Shown piece by piece: positions 19,050-28,761 of a stretch of 64,000 bases of DNA. The first letter of the stretch is position 1. Each line of letters opens with the position of its first letter. Location: the IMG/VR virus record IMGVR_UViG_3300045256_000050, positions 124,001 through 188,000 of that record. One strand, 5' to 3'. The notes below the pieces were generated by a model that worked only from the letters and a program-made list of their open reading frames with translations, searched no databases and had not been told where the DNA came from. The translations under genes and the position numbers were made by a program.

Positions 19050-19451
19050 ATGGCACTTATTTGTCCCGATCAGAAGGGTGAGATTCTTCTGCTTCAGTAC
19101 ATCGTTGGGATGGTGGACGCCGGGAACCCGGTTCTTCACCTTTACCGCAACGACAACTTCACTCCGTCCGACTCGACGACGATCACCGACTTGCTGGAAG
19201 TAACCTCGTCCGGTTACGCCGCTATCACGTTGGTGTCCTCGAACTGGACGACGACGCAGACGGCCGGTGTGACCACGGCGGTGTACTCGGAGAAGACGTT
19301 CTCGTTCAACACGAACGCCACGGCGTATGGCTACTACGTCACCGACACGTCGAACCAGTTGTTGTGGTTCGAGCGGTTCAGCGGTGCCCCGTTCGAAATC
19401 CCGGACGGCGGTGGTTCGATCAGCATTACCGCAAAACTGACACTGAGCTAA
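19050..19451 (+). CDS. Virion structural protein (beta-rich)
   Basis: LHLYRND...GYAAITL...YGYYVTD...LLWFERF pattern; AGGAG RBS. Confidence 0.55.
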   Translation: MALICPDQKGEILLLQYIVGMVDAGNPVLHLYRNDNFTPSDSTTITDLLEVTSSGYAAITLVSSNWTTTQTAGVTTAVYSEKTFSFNTNATAYGYYVTDTSNQLLWFERFSGAPFEIPDGGGSISITAKLTLS

Positions 19452-19454
19452 GTT

Positions 19455-19712
19455 ATGGAAAGTTTCTTACAGATGTGGGACCGGGTGAACGGCGAGCCGT
19501 ACACTGACGGCGTGCCGCCCCCGGTCAAATACAACATGCCGACCTACGACGGCGTGGACATGAGTGCGGAGTTGAAGCCTCTCGATTACGTCGCCCGCCC
19601 GGCGACGGAAGAGGAGGTTGCCGCCAACTTGAGGAAGAAGGGCAACACGACCAAGCTCGGGCCGCAGATGACGGACGAGGAGTTGGCGAAGTTCTTCGGA
19701 CATAGTTGGTAA
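19455..19712 (+). CDS. Hypothetical protein
   Basis: 85-aa ORF in operon. Confidence 0.5.
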   Translation: MESFLQMWDRVNGEPYTDGVPPPVKYNMPTYDGVDMSAELKPLDYVARPATEEEVAANLRKKGNTTKLGPQMTDEELAKFFGHSW

Positions 19713-19728
19713 TAGGCATAGATAAGGT

Positions 19729-20295
19729 ATGCCTATTTGCAACCCTGACGGAACCCCGTACCAACTGTCGGGGTCACTGCAACAATTCGACCCTGAGAAC
19801 CCAGAGATTGACCTGTTCAACACCTGGGACCAGGAAGTCATTGAGATCGCCGGTACGCCGATCTACTACTACGAAGTGTTCATTCAGTCGAACACGGTAG
19901 ACCCGTTGTACATGGAAGACCGGGGCAAGCTCTACAGCACCAAGCCGATCTGCCTGTACGGGTTCTACAACCCAATCCCATCCCAGAACTTCATGTCCAC
20001 GTTCGGCGTAGACTCGCCGGACGAACTGATGTTCGAGTTCAACTACAAGGACGTGCTGAACCGGATCGGCCACCCGCCGAAGGTCGGCTCACGTCTCTTC
20101 ACTCCTCACCGCCGGGAGAACTGGAAGATTCTCCAGTGCAACGTCGAAGAGTTCAAGCTGTGGGGCGAGATGCGTCTTCAGGTCATGTGCGAGAAGTTCC
20201 AAGAGGACCGCAGCATTGGCGAGGGCAAGGTCACGCAGACGGCTCCGAACGTGGACCCGGAGGCGATTCGGAAGGACCGGATAAACATTCAGTAA
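19729..20295 (+). CDS. g14: Neck protein gp14-like
   Basis: EVIEIAGTPIYYY...DPLYMED...STFGVDSPDELMFEF...PKVGSRLF. Confidence 0.7.
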   Translation: MPICNPDGTPYQLSGSLQQFDPENPEIDLFNTWDQEVIEIAGTPIYYYEVFIQSNTVDPLYMEDRGKLYSTKPICLYGFYNPIPSQNFMSTFGVDSPDELMFEFNYKDVLNRIGHPPKVGSRLFTPHRRENWKILQCNVEEFKLWGEMRLQVMCEKFQEDRSIGEGKVTQTAPNVDPEAIRKDRINIQ

Positions 20296-20450
20296 CGAAC
20301 TCCGACTTCTGGGTTGGGTGACAGTTCTTGAACAACCGAAACGGAATCTTGTTCGGCGTCCTCAGTGGAGGAACGAGCTTGTACCGTTTCGGAAGTGGGT
20401 TTTTACACTTAATTATTCTGAGCATTTGATACCTACCCCATAGAGAAGTT

Positions 20451-21464
20451 ATGACCCAACCAGATTTGAACCCCTGCAACGAACCCGGCCCGATCAAGGA
20501 CGTGAACATCGAGTCGGCCCCGCCGTTCTGCGACCCGAAGGGTCCGGCCGAGTGTTGCGACGGGGACGAGGGCGTTAATAGTTCCCAGAAAGCAGTCTCC
20601 GGTCGCTTCTTCGACTGGCTCGACGAACCCACCCAAAAGAAGACCGGCATCGGCCACGAGGCCAACTGCGACCCGATGCAGGCCGGTCACATTATTAACG
20701 AACAACACGGCATGGGTGTGAACCCGGACCGTAGCACCTTGTACCGCTACTCGAAGGCACTTCGGGGTTGCGACGAGGCGATGCAGGACTTGTTCCGTGA
20801 TCTCGTCGTGATCGACGAGTGGGGCAAGGCCAACCCGGTGCCGATCATGTGGGCCACGCAAGAGAAGGCCGTCGCCATGTTGCTGCAAGAGAACGTTCGG
20901 AAAGATCGGAGTCTTGCGGTTGACCGGATCAAGCTGCCGGTGTTGGCGATCCACAACTCGGGCATGCAGTTCCAGCAGAGCCGGTACTGCTACCACAAGG
21001 CCATCGACTACTTGCGTGACTGGCGGCGTAATAACGCACCCGGTTTCACGACGAAGGAACGTTACGAACGGGACACTGTTTTCGGCGTGGCGAAGGGTCT
21101 TCCGGTCGATGTGGAATACACCTTGTTTGCCTGGACGATGCACCGTGAGGACATTAACCAGATTGTCGAACAAGTGATTCTGAAATTCAGCCCCCTGGCA
21201 TATATAAGGGTGCGTGGTGTTTCCTGGGAGATTGGTGTCAAGCTAAATTCTGTAGCTAATAACATCAACCTCGATCCGGGAGACAAGAAGGTGAACGTGT
21301 TCAAGTACCAGTTCACCATGACGGCTGAGACTTACATCCCGCAGCCGGTGGTCCGCAAGAAAGCCGTCCTCAAGACCAGGACGGAAATCGTTGATAGCGT
21401 CGAGGACGACAACGTGAACGAAGTGATCGCAAGATTGGAACAAGCTGTTAAGGAATTGCAATGA
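20451..21464 (+). CDS. g15: Tail terminator/sheath stabilizer gp15-like
   Basis: LFRDLVV...VPIMWATQEK...LPVLAI...PVDVEYTL...QIVEQVILKFSP. Confidence 0.8.
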   Translation: MTQPDLNPCNEPGPIKDVNIESAPPFCDPKGPAECCDGDEGVNSSQKAVSGRFFDWLDEPTQKKTGIGHEANCDPMQAGHIINEQHGMGVNPDRSTLYRYSKALRGCDEAMQDLFRDLVVIDEWGKANPVPIMWATQEKAVAMLLQENVRKDRSLAVDRIKLPVLAIHNSGMQFQQSRYCYHKAIDYLRDWRRNNAPGFTTKERYERDTVFGVAKGLPVDVEYTLFAWTMHREDINQIVEQVILKFSPLAYIRVRGVSWEIGVKLNSVANNINLDPGDKKVNVFKYQFTMTAETYIPQPVVRKKAVLKTRTEIVDSVEDDNVNEVIARLEQAVKELQ

Positions 21465-21685
21465 TCGAAATCAAGAACAAGAACAAAAGTCCCATTTCCG
21501 TAATAGTGCGATCCAAGAAAGCACCGAGGGCGTTTACGACCTTGCTGATTCCTGGGATCGGTGCGGGAAAGAATGTACGGCGCATACCGGACGAGATGAA
21601 CACCGAATATGTGGAGCGGTTGGAGAAATCGGGGCTTATCTCCACTAGATACATTCCAAATAACGAGGTTGAAAAGGGAGAATAA
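21461..21685 (+). CDS. Small hypothetical protein
   Basis: Coupled ATGA to gp15; contains TAGATA (21646) upstream of the sheath gene. Confidence 0.55.
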   Translation: MIEIKNKNKSPISVIVRSKKAPRAFTTLLIPGIGAGKNVRRIPDEMNTEYVERLEKSGLISTRYIPNNEVEKGE

Positions 21686-21688
21686 GTT

Positions 21689-24064
21689 ATGGCAATTTTA
21701 CGGGGCTTCCCGCCATCCAACACGATCTCGCCGAGTGTGCGTATCACCGAGAAGGACTTGAGCTTCATTGCTCCTGAACAATCTTTCCACCGGGCAGGTC
21801 TGGTTGGTTTCGCAAGCAAGGGGCCGATTAACGTTCCGACTTTGATCGCCACCCAACGTCAGTTGACCACGGTGTTTGGATATCCGCACCCGGAGTCGTC
21901 TGACCCATACATGCTCTACGCTGCTCAGCAATACCTGCTGATCGCTAACGAGTTGTGGATCGTGCGTGTCGCAGACGAAGATAACGTCAGCGACGAGCAG
22001 GCAACGACGGCTGAGGTAGATGTACCTTCGGCCGGTGGGCGTATCCAGATCGAGTCCGACGTGGCCGGTCCTTACACCTTCGACACTGACTCGTTCTTCC
22101 GTTGGCGGCTCAACGGCGTTCTCGCATCGAAGACGCTGGTTGTTCTCGCAGGCACCTACAGTGCTGCACAACTCGCCGAAGACCTGAACCTTCAGGTTGT
22201 GGGCGACATCGACGGCATCGAGTTCTATGTGACCGAAGACGACGAGATCGCCGTCATGACGACGTTCTCCTTCGGCCCGGACGCAGAACTGGAACTGGTT
22301 TCGGTACAGGACGCCATCTACGGTGGCCCGGCCGCAGCCCTCTTCCCGTCTGACCCGGAAGCGACCAACATCACTGGCCTCGGTACTGGTATGACCCGTG
22401 CCCGGCTGGTCGGTTCGAACGCTCAGTACCCGGAGTCTTACCAGACCGCCGGTGAGTACGACCTGACGGGCCTGACGAACCTTAACATCCAGATCGTCGT
22501 TGACGGCACCGACTCGGTGTTGATCGACAACGTGGTGCAGGTCATCGACCTTGCCGACCTGGAAGGTGCCGAGTGGACGGTTGACGAAATCGTTGACGAA
22601 ATCAACAGCCAGAAGGTCGAGAACGGCGGTTCGCTGCCGGGCGGCTGGACGGCATACGCCGAAGGCGACAACCTCGCTTTCCGCACCGACCACAGCGGCC
22701 GTGACGCCCGCATGTTGGTTAAGCCTGACTCGACGGCCCTCGACATCTTCGGTTTCGAGAGCGTGACGAAGGTTGGTACTTCTCCGATCCGTACCAGTGG
22801 CGACACTGACGTGGAAGTGGCTGGCCGTGTGAACGGTGACGCCAACGACACGGGGGCTGTGACCTTCACCTGTACCGCCGACTCGGCTGGTATCGACGGT
22901 AACAGCACTCAGATCGTGGTTGAGAACAACGTCCGTGAAGGTAACTTCCAGATCGCTGTCTACAACAACGGTGTGCAGGTCGAGTCGTTCGGTATGTTGA
23001 CGAAGGACGAGACGAGCCGGTTCTATGTGGAAACCTACATCGCCCTCGTGTCCGACTGGATTCGGGTTGTAGACAACACGGCTAACGCCGCCCCGCCGCT
23101 CGACGGCACCTACAGCCTGTCTGGTGGTTCTGACGGTATCCCGTCTGACCCGGACGACCAGGACGCATTGCTGATCGGTAATCAGTTGGCCTACACCGGC
23201 ATGTACGCTTTGAGCGAGCCGGAACAGATCGACCTTGACCTGATCGCCGCTCCGGGTCACTCCTCGACGAGCGTTGTGTTGGCCCTGCTCGATCTTTGCC
23301 AAAACGTCCGTATGGACTGCTTGGCGGTTATCGACTCGCCGTTCGGCATGACCGTGAACGAGATCATCGATTGGCAGAACGGTACTCACCCGTTGAACAC
23401 CACTCGGTTCGATTCCGACTTCGGTGCGCTCTACTGGCCGTGGGTTAAGATTCGTGACAACTTTAACAGAATCGACGTATGGGCACCGCCCTCGGGTTCT
23501 GTAATGGCAACCATCGCTCGCAGCGACCAGTTGTCGGCACCGTGGTTCGCACCGGCAGGTGTTAACCGTGGTACGGTCCCGAACATCATGGACGTGTTCT
23601 CCCGGCCGACGCTGGAAGAACGGGACTTGATGTACGGCTACCGCAACTGCATCAACCCGATTGTGCAGTTCGTGGACTTCGAAGGGTTCGTTGTCTGGGG
23701 TCAAAAGACCATGCAACGTCGCCCGACGGCCCTGGACCGTGTTAACGTTCGCCGCTTGATGTTCTACATCGAGAAGCGTATCCGTGCCGCCAGCCGCCAA
23801 CTGCTGTTCGATCCGCACGACGATGAACTCCGCTCGAAGTTCGTCCGTATCGCCACGGCGATCCTGACCGAAGTTCAAGTGGGTCGTGGTGTGACGGACT
23901 TCCGGGTGAAGTGCGACGAAGAGTTGAACCCGCCAGACGTAATTGACCGTAACGAACTGCGGGCACGCATCGGCGTCCAGCCGACCCGTGCTGCCGAGTT
24001 CATCTTCATCGAGTTCTCGATCCACCGGACGGGAAGCTTCGGCGAAGGTACTGACGCCTTCTAA
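21689..24064 (+). CDS. g18: Contractile tail sheath protein gp18
   Basis: SPSVRITEKDLS, GFASKGPIN, ALYWPWV, PWFAPAGVNRG, INPIV, WGQKT, LDRVNVRRL. Confidence 0.95.
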   Translation: MAILRGFPPSNTISPSVRITEKDLSFIAPEQSFHRAGLVGFASKGPINVPTLIATQRQLTTVFGYPHPESSDPYMLYAAQQYLLIANELWIVRVADEDNVSDEQATTAEVDVPSAGGRIQIESDVAGPYTFDTDSFFRWRLNGVLASKTLVVLAGTYSAAQLAEDLNLQVVGDIDGIEFYVTEDDEIAVMTTFSFGPDAELELVSVQDAIYGGPAAALFPSDPEATNITGLGTGMTRARLVGSNAQYPESYQTAGEYDLTGLTNLNIQIVVDGTDSVLIDNVVQVIDLADLEGAEWTVDEIVDEINSQKVENGGSLPGGWTAYAEGDNLAFRTDHSGRDARMLVKPDSTALDIFGFESVTKVGTSPIRTSGDTDVEVAGRVNGDANDTGAVTFTCTADSAGIDGNSTQIVVENNVREGNFQIAVYNNGVQVESFGMLTKDETSRFYVETYIALVSDWIRVVDNTANAAPPLDGTYSLSGGSDGIPSDPDDQDALLIGNQLAYTGMYALSEPEQIDLDLIAAPGHSSTSVVLALLDLCQNVRMDCLAVIDSPFGMTVNEIIDWQNGTHPLNTTRFDSDFGALYWPWVKIRDNFNRIDVWAPPSGSVMATIARSDQLSAPWFAPAGVNRGTVPNIMDVFSRPTLEERDLMYGYRNCINPIVQFVDFEGFVVWGQKTMQRRPTALDRVNVRRLMFYIEKRIRAASRQLLFDPHDDELRSKFVRIATAILTEVQVGRGVTDFRVKCDEELNPPDVIDRNELRARIGVQPTRAAEFIFIEFSIHRTGSFGEGTDAF

Positions 24065-24072
24065 AGAAACAA

Positions 24073-24110
24073 GGGGCACTCGCCCGCTGCGGCGGGTGCC
24101 CCTCTTCTTT
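24073..24110 (+). terminator. Rho-independent terminator after sheath
   Basis: GGGGCACTCGCC...GGCGGGTGCCCC then TCTTCTTT. Confidence 0.7.
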
Positions 24111-24143
24111 ATCACATCAAATCAAACTGAATAGGAGTAGAAG

Positions 24144-24686
24144 ATGCCGATGGGAATTGGTCGTGTCGGTGCGCCTGGAGTTATCTTCAAGCGTAAGTTC
24201 CGATGGACCCTACAAATCACGACTCCCTGCGGCTTCATTCCTGAGCATTACGTCAAGGTTGCAGCCCGCCCCAAGCTCAGCATTGAGAAGACGGAAGTGA
24301 ACTTCCTCAACGCAACGACGTGGATGCCTGGAAAAGCTAAGTGGGAACCGATCAATGTTACATATATAGATGTACCGGCCGCTGACATGGCTGGTCTGTG
24401 GAACTGGATCGCCACCGTCTACAACTTCACCGACCCGAACGGTTTGAGCCAGTCTGAGAAGGCCGGTTGGAATGGGGTGGGATTGTTAACCTTGTACGAC
24501 GGCTGCGGCAGTCCGCTGGAACGGTGGCTGTTGGGGTCGATGTTCCCGGAGTCGGTTGACTTCGGTGAGTTGGATTACTCGTCCTCGGATGAAGTGACTA
24601 TCGAATTGGGCTTGGTTTACTCCGACGTGCAATATCAGGGAATCTGTGGGCCTAACCCACAAGCATGCTGTAGAGGCTGCAACTAA
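24144..24686 (+). CDS. Tail tube protein gp19-like, copy 1
   Basis: FKRKFRW...VKVAARP...PGKAKWEPINVTYID...YDGCG...FGELDYSSS. Confidence 0.85.
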   Translation: MPMGIGRVGAPGVIFKRKFRWTLQITTPCGFIPEHYVKVAARPKLSIEKTEVNFLNATTWMPGKAKWEPINVTYIDVPAADMAGLWNWIATVYNFTDPNGLSQSEKAGWNGVGLLTLYDGCGSPLERWLLGSMFPESVDFGELDYSSSDEVTIELGLVYSDVQYQGICGPNPQACCRGCN

Positions 24687-24704
24687 CTCAGGAGCTTTAA
24701 CAAT

Positions 24705-25361
24705 ATGGCTACAAGAGATCGTAAGAATATGGGCATCGGGGTTATCGGCCGTCCCGATATGACCTTCAAGCGTAAGTTCCGGTGGACGTTCGAAATCGTT
24801 GGCTACTGCGACAACGAGAAGAACGTGATTCCTGAACACTTCGTCAAGGTCGCCGCTCGCCCGAACCTCAACATTGAGGAGACGGAAATCAACCACTTGA
24901 ACGCAAAAATGTGGATTCCGGGTAAGGGGTCGTGGGAAACCATCACCGTTACCTACATCGACGTTGCTCACGAAGAGATGCGTAACTTGTGGAACTGGCT
25001 CGCCACCGTGTACGACTTCACGGACCCGATCAAGCTGACCAACGCTGAGAAGCGGGATTGGGACGCTACCGGCGTTCTGAACATGTACGACGGCTGCGGC
25101 ACCCTACTGGAACAATGGCAGTTGCAGCACATGTGGCCGCAAGCCATCAACTTCGGCGACTTGGACTACTCGTCCTCGGAAGAAGCGACCATCGAACTGA
25201 CGCTGCGTTACAGCGACGTTCGTTACCGCTCGTACTGCCCGGACTTCACCCCGCAAGCTTGCTGCTCGCCGTGCGGCACTCGGGTCAAGAAGGTTCAGGG
25301 CAATGACTTTGGCTCGTTCGACCCGTCTCGGCAGGCCAACTTCAACGTGACCAGCGTCTAA
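24705..25361 (+). CDS. Tail tube protein gp19-like, copy 2
   Basis: Same motifs; WPQAINFGDLDYSSS. Confidence 0.85.
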   Translation: MATRDRKNMGIGVIGRPDMTFKRKFRWTFEIVGYCDNEKNVIPEHFVKVAARPNLNIEETEINHLNAKMWIPGKGSWETITVTYIDVAHEEMRNLWNWLATVYDFTDPIKLTNAEKRDWDATGVLNMYDGCGTLLEQWQLQHMWPQAINFGDLDYSSSEEATIELTLRYSDVRYRSYCPDFTPQACCSPCGTRVKKVQGNDFGSFDPSRQANFNVTSV

Positions 25362-25377
25362 GTGAACAGGAGAGATA

Positions 25378-26025
25378 ATGGCTGAAAAAATCCCGATGGG
25401 TATCGGAAACTTGGGCTTCTCGAACTTGATCTTCAAGCGTAAGTTCCGATTCACCTTTGAACTGCAAGATATTTGCGGCAATCAGAGTGTTCCGAAGCAC
25501 TATGTTAAGGTTGCGGCTCGTCCGAACCTTAACGTAGAAGAGGTTGAAGTCAACTTCCTCAACGCTACGACCTGGATTCCGGGTAAGGCTAAGTGGGAGA
25601 CGATGACCGTCACCTACATCGACGTGGCAACTGCGGAGATGGCCTCGTTGTACAACTGGCTCGCCAGCGTGTACAACTTCACCGACCCGATCCAACTCCA
25701 GATGGGTTCGCAGCGTAAGGACTACACTGCGACCGGCATCCTGAAGTTGTGGGACGGCTGTGGTCAGCTTCTCGAAACCTGGACGATGAAGGACGTGTGG
25801 CCGACGAACGTGAACTTCGGTGAACTCGACTACTCTTCTTCGGAAGAAGTGACCATTGAACTGACGCTCCGCTACAGCGACGTTAAGTACAAGAACGAGT
25901 GCCCTGGCTTCACGATTACGCCGTGCTGCTCGCCGTGTGGTGGGTCGAACCCGCCGCCTAACGGCAACACGCCGACTGGCCCAGGAACCGGCAACAAGAC
26001 TAACACGCCGGTCGCTGGCGTCTAA
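25378..26025 (+). CDS. Tail tube protein gp19-like, copy 3
   Basis: Same motifs; WPTNVNFGELDYSSS. Confidence 0.85.
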   Translation: MAEKIPMGIGNLGFSNLIFKRKFRFTFELQDICGNQSVPKHYVKVAARPNLNVEEVEVNFLNATTWIPGKAKWETMTVTYIDVATAEMASLYNWLASVYNFTDPIQLQMGSQRKDYTATGILKLWDGCGQLLETWTMKDVWPTNVNFGELDYSSSEEVTIELTLRYSDVKYKNECPGFTITPCCSPCGGSNPPPNGNTPTGPGTGNKTNTPVAGV

Positions 26026-26030
26026 GAGAC

Positions 26031-26060
26031 AAGAGGGCCGGAAACGGCCCTCTTACTTTT
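26031..26060 (+). terminator. Rho-independent terminator after tube cluster
   Basis: AAGAGGGCCG-GAAA-CGGCCCTCTT, ACTTTT. Confidence 0.8.
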
Positions 26061-26072
26061 TACAGGGGAACT

Positions 26073-26705
26073 ATGGGAAGACGAATGGGGATGGACTTCG
26101 GGTTGCCCGAACCGTTCAGCGGGAACTCGAAGCTCTGCAAGCGGAAGAACCGTTGGTTGTTCAAGATCGAAGGTCTGGTCGCCGACCAGAACCAGATCAA
26201 CTCGTTGCCGCCTCAGAAGTCGGCCCGCCCCGGCTTGCAGTTCAAGGAAATGGAAATCCGGCACCTGAACGAACACATCATGTACCCGCAGAAGCCGGAC
26301 TGGAAGCCGATCACACTCTCCCTCTACGACATCAAGACCAACGTCCTTCACCCGATCTTCGACTGGATCATGAAGGTGTACGAGCCGGACAAGACCGGCA
26401 AGTGGCATCCCGTGGTCAGGACCGGGCCGGTGTCGAATCGCTTCCTTCGGGACGGTATTCTGGAACTCTTCGACGGGTGCGGCAACGTACTTGAACGATG
26501 GACGTTCGAGCAGTGCTGGCCGCAGAACGTGGAATGGGGCGAGTTGGACATGGGCAGCAGTGAAGTGGTCATGTGCGACCTGACCCTGCGGTATGCTCGG
26601 GCCTACACCGAGGTTCTGCCGCCGCCACCGCCGGATCAGAACCAGAACAACGAAAATGGAGAGGGCCAACAGACCCTCTCCACTAACAGTTTGAACGAAC
26701 AATAA
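26073..26705 (+). CDS. Tail tube-fold protein, copy 4 (more diverged)
   Basis: KRKNRW...SARP...PDWKPITL...FDGCG...WPQNVEWGELD. Confidence 0.8.
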   Translation: MGRRMGMDFGLPEPFSGNSKLCKRKNRWLFKIEGLVADQNQINSLPPQKSARPGLQFKEMEIRHLNEHIMYPQKPDWKPITLSLYDIKTNVLHPIFDWIMKVYEPDKTGKWHPVVRTGPVSNRFLRDGILELFDGCGNVLERWTFEQCWPQNVEWGELDMGSSEVVMCDLTLRYARAYTEVLPPPPPDQNQNNENGEGQQTLSTNSLNEQ

Positions 26706-26711
26706 GTTCGA

Positions 26712-27026
26712 TTAGACTTTCTTGGCTTTGCGACCGACGCTTTTCTTGGACTTCTTCTTCTCGACCTTCGGCTGAGACTCTTCATCGGGATCGGCCAGGG
26801 CGAGTTCTGGAAGAAGTTCTCTCATTTTGCGGAGGGCGTCTTCCAGTTCTTTGCTCTTGATGCCCAACTCACGACACGTCGCCGATTTGTTGAGTCGATC
26901 CTTCTTGGTGTAACACTTATTCTCGTTGAGAAGCATGCACTCGATGATTTCCCCGTAACCGGCGGCGATCAACTTGTCGATTAGTTCCTGCGTCTCCATC
27001 ATGGCAATGGGATTGCTGCGTAACAT
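26712..27026 (-). CDS. Hypothetical protein, basic C-terminus, possible HTH
   Basis: LNKSATCRELGIKSKELEDAL. Confidence 0.55.
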   Translation of the reverse strand: MLRSNPIAMMETQELIDKLIAAGYGEIIECMLLNENKCYTKKDRLNKSATCRELGIKSKELEDALRKMRELLPELALADPDEESQPKVEKKKSKKSVGRKAKKV

Positions 27027-27596
27027 TTAACTCCAGTTGTCTATGTGGCCTTCAACTGGAACGTCGAAAGTCCGGCCTCCTCCCAGGGCACTCCCCCGCA
27101 AGACAGCGGACTCGAACCGTTCCTGTAAATGGTTCAGGTACTTGCGCTTCAATTCGTTGTAGTTCTTGATGCTGCGGTAGAGTTGTCGGTAGTGGTTTAG
27201 TATGCAGGTAGTCATGTAGTTGAACGCCTTACCCTTCCGAGGATCAAATCTATCAATTTTCTCGAAACAAATCAAGACCCCTTCTTGAACAGCGTCCTCA
27301 CTGTCGATCCCGCTGTAACGGGCGTAGTAATTGGCGATGTTCTCGCTGAGGATGTAGAAGGCGTAAGCCAACTGTTCCTGGTAGTCCTTGTACGAGCCGC
27401 AGATTCGACCGTACTCAGATTCGGCCTCCGTCATGAGGCCCAAGCGTTCTTCGTCGTTGTACTTCTTCTTCCTTCGCTGGTAAGTTTCTTTTACGTCTGC
27501 CAGCTTCAATTCATGACGCATCTTGGCTCGCTTGAAGCCTTGAAAGGCGTCGATAATCGCTTCGAATGTCTTGTTGTTAAGGTATTCGTTCGCCAT
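27027..27596 (-). CDS. g55: Late-transcription sigma factor gp55-like
   Basis: YLNNKTF...EDAVQEGVLICFEKIDRFDPRKGKAFNYMTT; AGGAG RBS. Confidence 0.75.
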   Translation of the reverse strand: MANEYLNNKTFEAIIDAFQGFKRAKMRHELKLADVKETYQRRKKKYNDEERLGLMTEAESEYGRICGSYKDYQEQLAYAFYILSENIANYYARYSGIDSEDAVQEGVLICFEKIDRFDPRKGKAFNYMTTCILNHYRQLYRSIKNYNELKRKYLNHLQERFESAVLRGSALGGGRTFDVPVEGHIDNWS

Positions 27597-27698
27597 CGCA
27601 CTCCTGTTCAAACCCGGAAAAAAGGGTGAAGGTATATCTGCGTCCGTGCGAAAGAATTCCCTGGAAAACTTCCTGTTTTCCTCTACTCCTATTAAAGT

Positions 27699-27944
27699 AT
27701 GAATCTGGCAAGACTTGTCGCCGACATCCAGCTTCAGCCAAGATCGGTGAGGCCGTACCGGGAGATGGCTGAACTCCTTAGAAAACAAGGCAAAACACAC
27801 GAGGCGAACGTATTCGAGGAACTGGCCGAGCATGTTAACAGCACACGTCGTCACCAAGAACAACATCAAGAGCATCCAGCAGACTCTCGACTCAGTGAAG
27901 CCCCTCCAGTGCCCGGTCAAGATCATCGACCTGGGCAGCAGTGA
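27699..27944 (+). CDS. Small TPR-like hypothetical protein
   Basis: PYREMAELLRKQGKTHEA; overlaps next gene by 113 nt. Confidence 0.35.
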   Translation: MNLARLVADIQLQPRSVRPYREMAELLRKQGKTHEANVFEELAEHVNSTRRHQEQHQEHPADSRLSEAPPVPGQDHRPGQQ

Positions 27945-28761
27945 CGGCACGCCGTCACTCGTCCGACGACTCGGTTACGAGATAGAACACATGGAGGCCG
28001 ACGGTCGTGACGTTGCCCTCAGTAAAACAACATCGTCACCAGGGTGGCACTTCCTCATCCGCCCCGGCGAAGTCCTCGCCGAAGGCCACCGTGCCCTCCA
28101 GACGTTCCGTGGCACCGCCGCCAACGTCCGCCTGATTCGTGACTCGTTCATCTCCTACGAGGTTAGAGTGTGGACCGGGGACACACGGTTCGCCAACCCC
28201 GTGTGGCCGTACCCCGTCATCGAGTCCGACAAGCTCATCGGTGTTAACCTATTCGGCTCCGACAACAATCCTCATGCGTTGGAGGAAGTGGCGGCGTGGC
28301 AGAATCGTAGCCCGACGTTGGGTGAGCCACGATTCTGTAAGGCCATGATCCTCTTCGCCCAGGGTAAGTACAAGGACTTCATGCACGAGGCCGAGCAGTA
28401 CATCTTCGTCGAAAAGCAAGGCCGGTCGGTGACGATGGCCCGGTATTATCACGCCGTCGCCAACATCCTGACCGGGGGCAAGGCCCAGGACTCACTGAAG
28501 CAACTCAATCTGTGCGTGTGCGCCGCCCCGCTCATGGCCGAGTTCTGGTGTGCGATGGGGGACGTGTACTACCACAAGCTGAGTCGGTTCGAGGACGCCG
28601 CCCAGATGTACGAGAACGCCATGTTCGTCGGTGCGAAAAGAAAGTCCACCGACCTGTGGCCGATGGACATCGTGAAGTACCAAGAGTACCCGGAGACGAT
28701 GATCGAGAGTTGCCGCAAGATCATCGCCCACCGGGCTATTTACAAAGTTCAGCCATCTTAG
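27832..28761 (+). CDS. Glycosyltransferase family 2-like with C-terminal TPRs
   Basis: VVTKNN...TLDSV...IIDLGSSDGT; TPR AEFWCAMGDVYY...AAQMYENA. Confidence 0.7.
   Translation: MLTAHVVTKNNIKSIQQTLDSVKPLQCPVKIIDLGSSDGTPSLVRRLGYEIEHMEADGRDVALSKTTSSPGWHFLIRPGEVLAEGHRALQTFRGTAANVRLIRDSFISYEVRVWTGDTRFANPVWPYPVIESDKLIGVNLFGSDNNPHALEEVAAWQNRSPTLGEPRFCKAMILFAQGKYKDFMHEAEQYIFVEKQGRSVTMARYYHAVANILTGGKAQDSLKQLNLCVCAAPLMAEFWCAMGDVYYHKLSRFEDAAQMYENAMFVGAKRKSTDLWPMDIVKYQEYPETMIESCRKIIAHRAIYKVQPS

Noticed and set aside
20231-20425. Small minus-strand ORF MLRIIKCKNPLPKRY with TAGGTA-N4-ATG
   Set aside because: Imperfect promoter match, 65-nt antisense overlap with gp14 and no recognisable motif; left uncalled.
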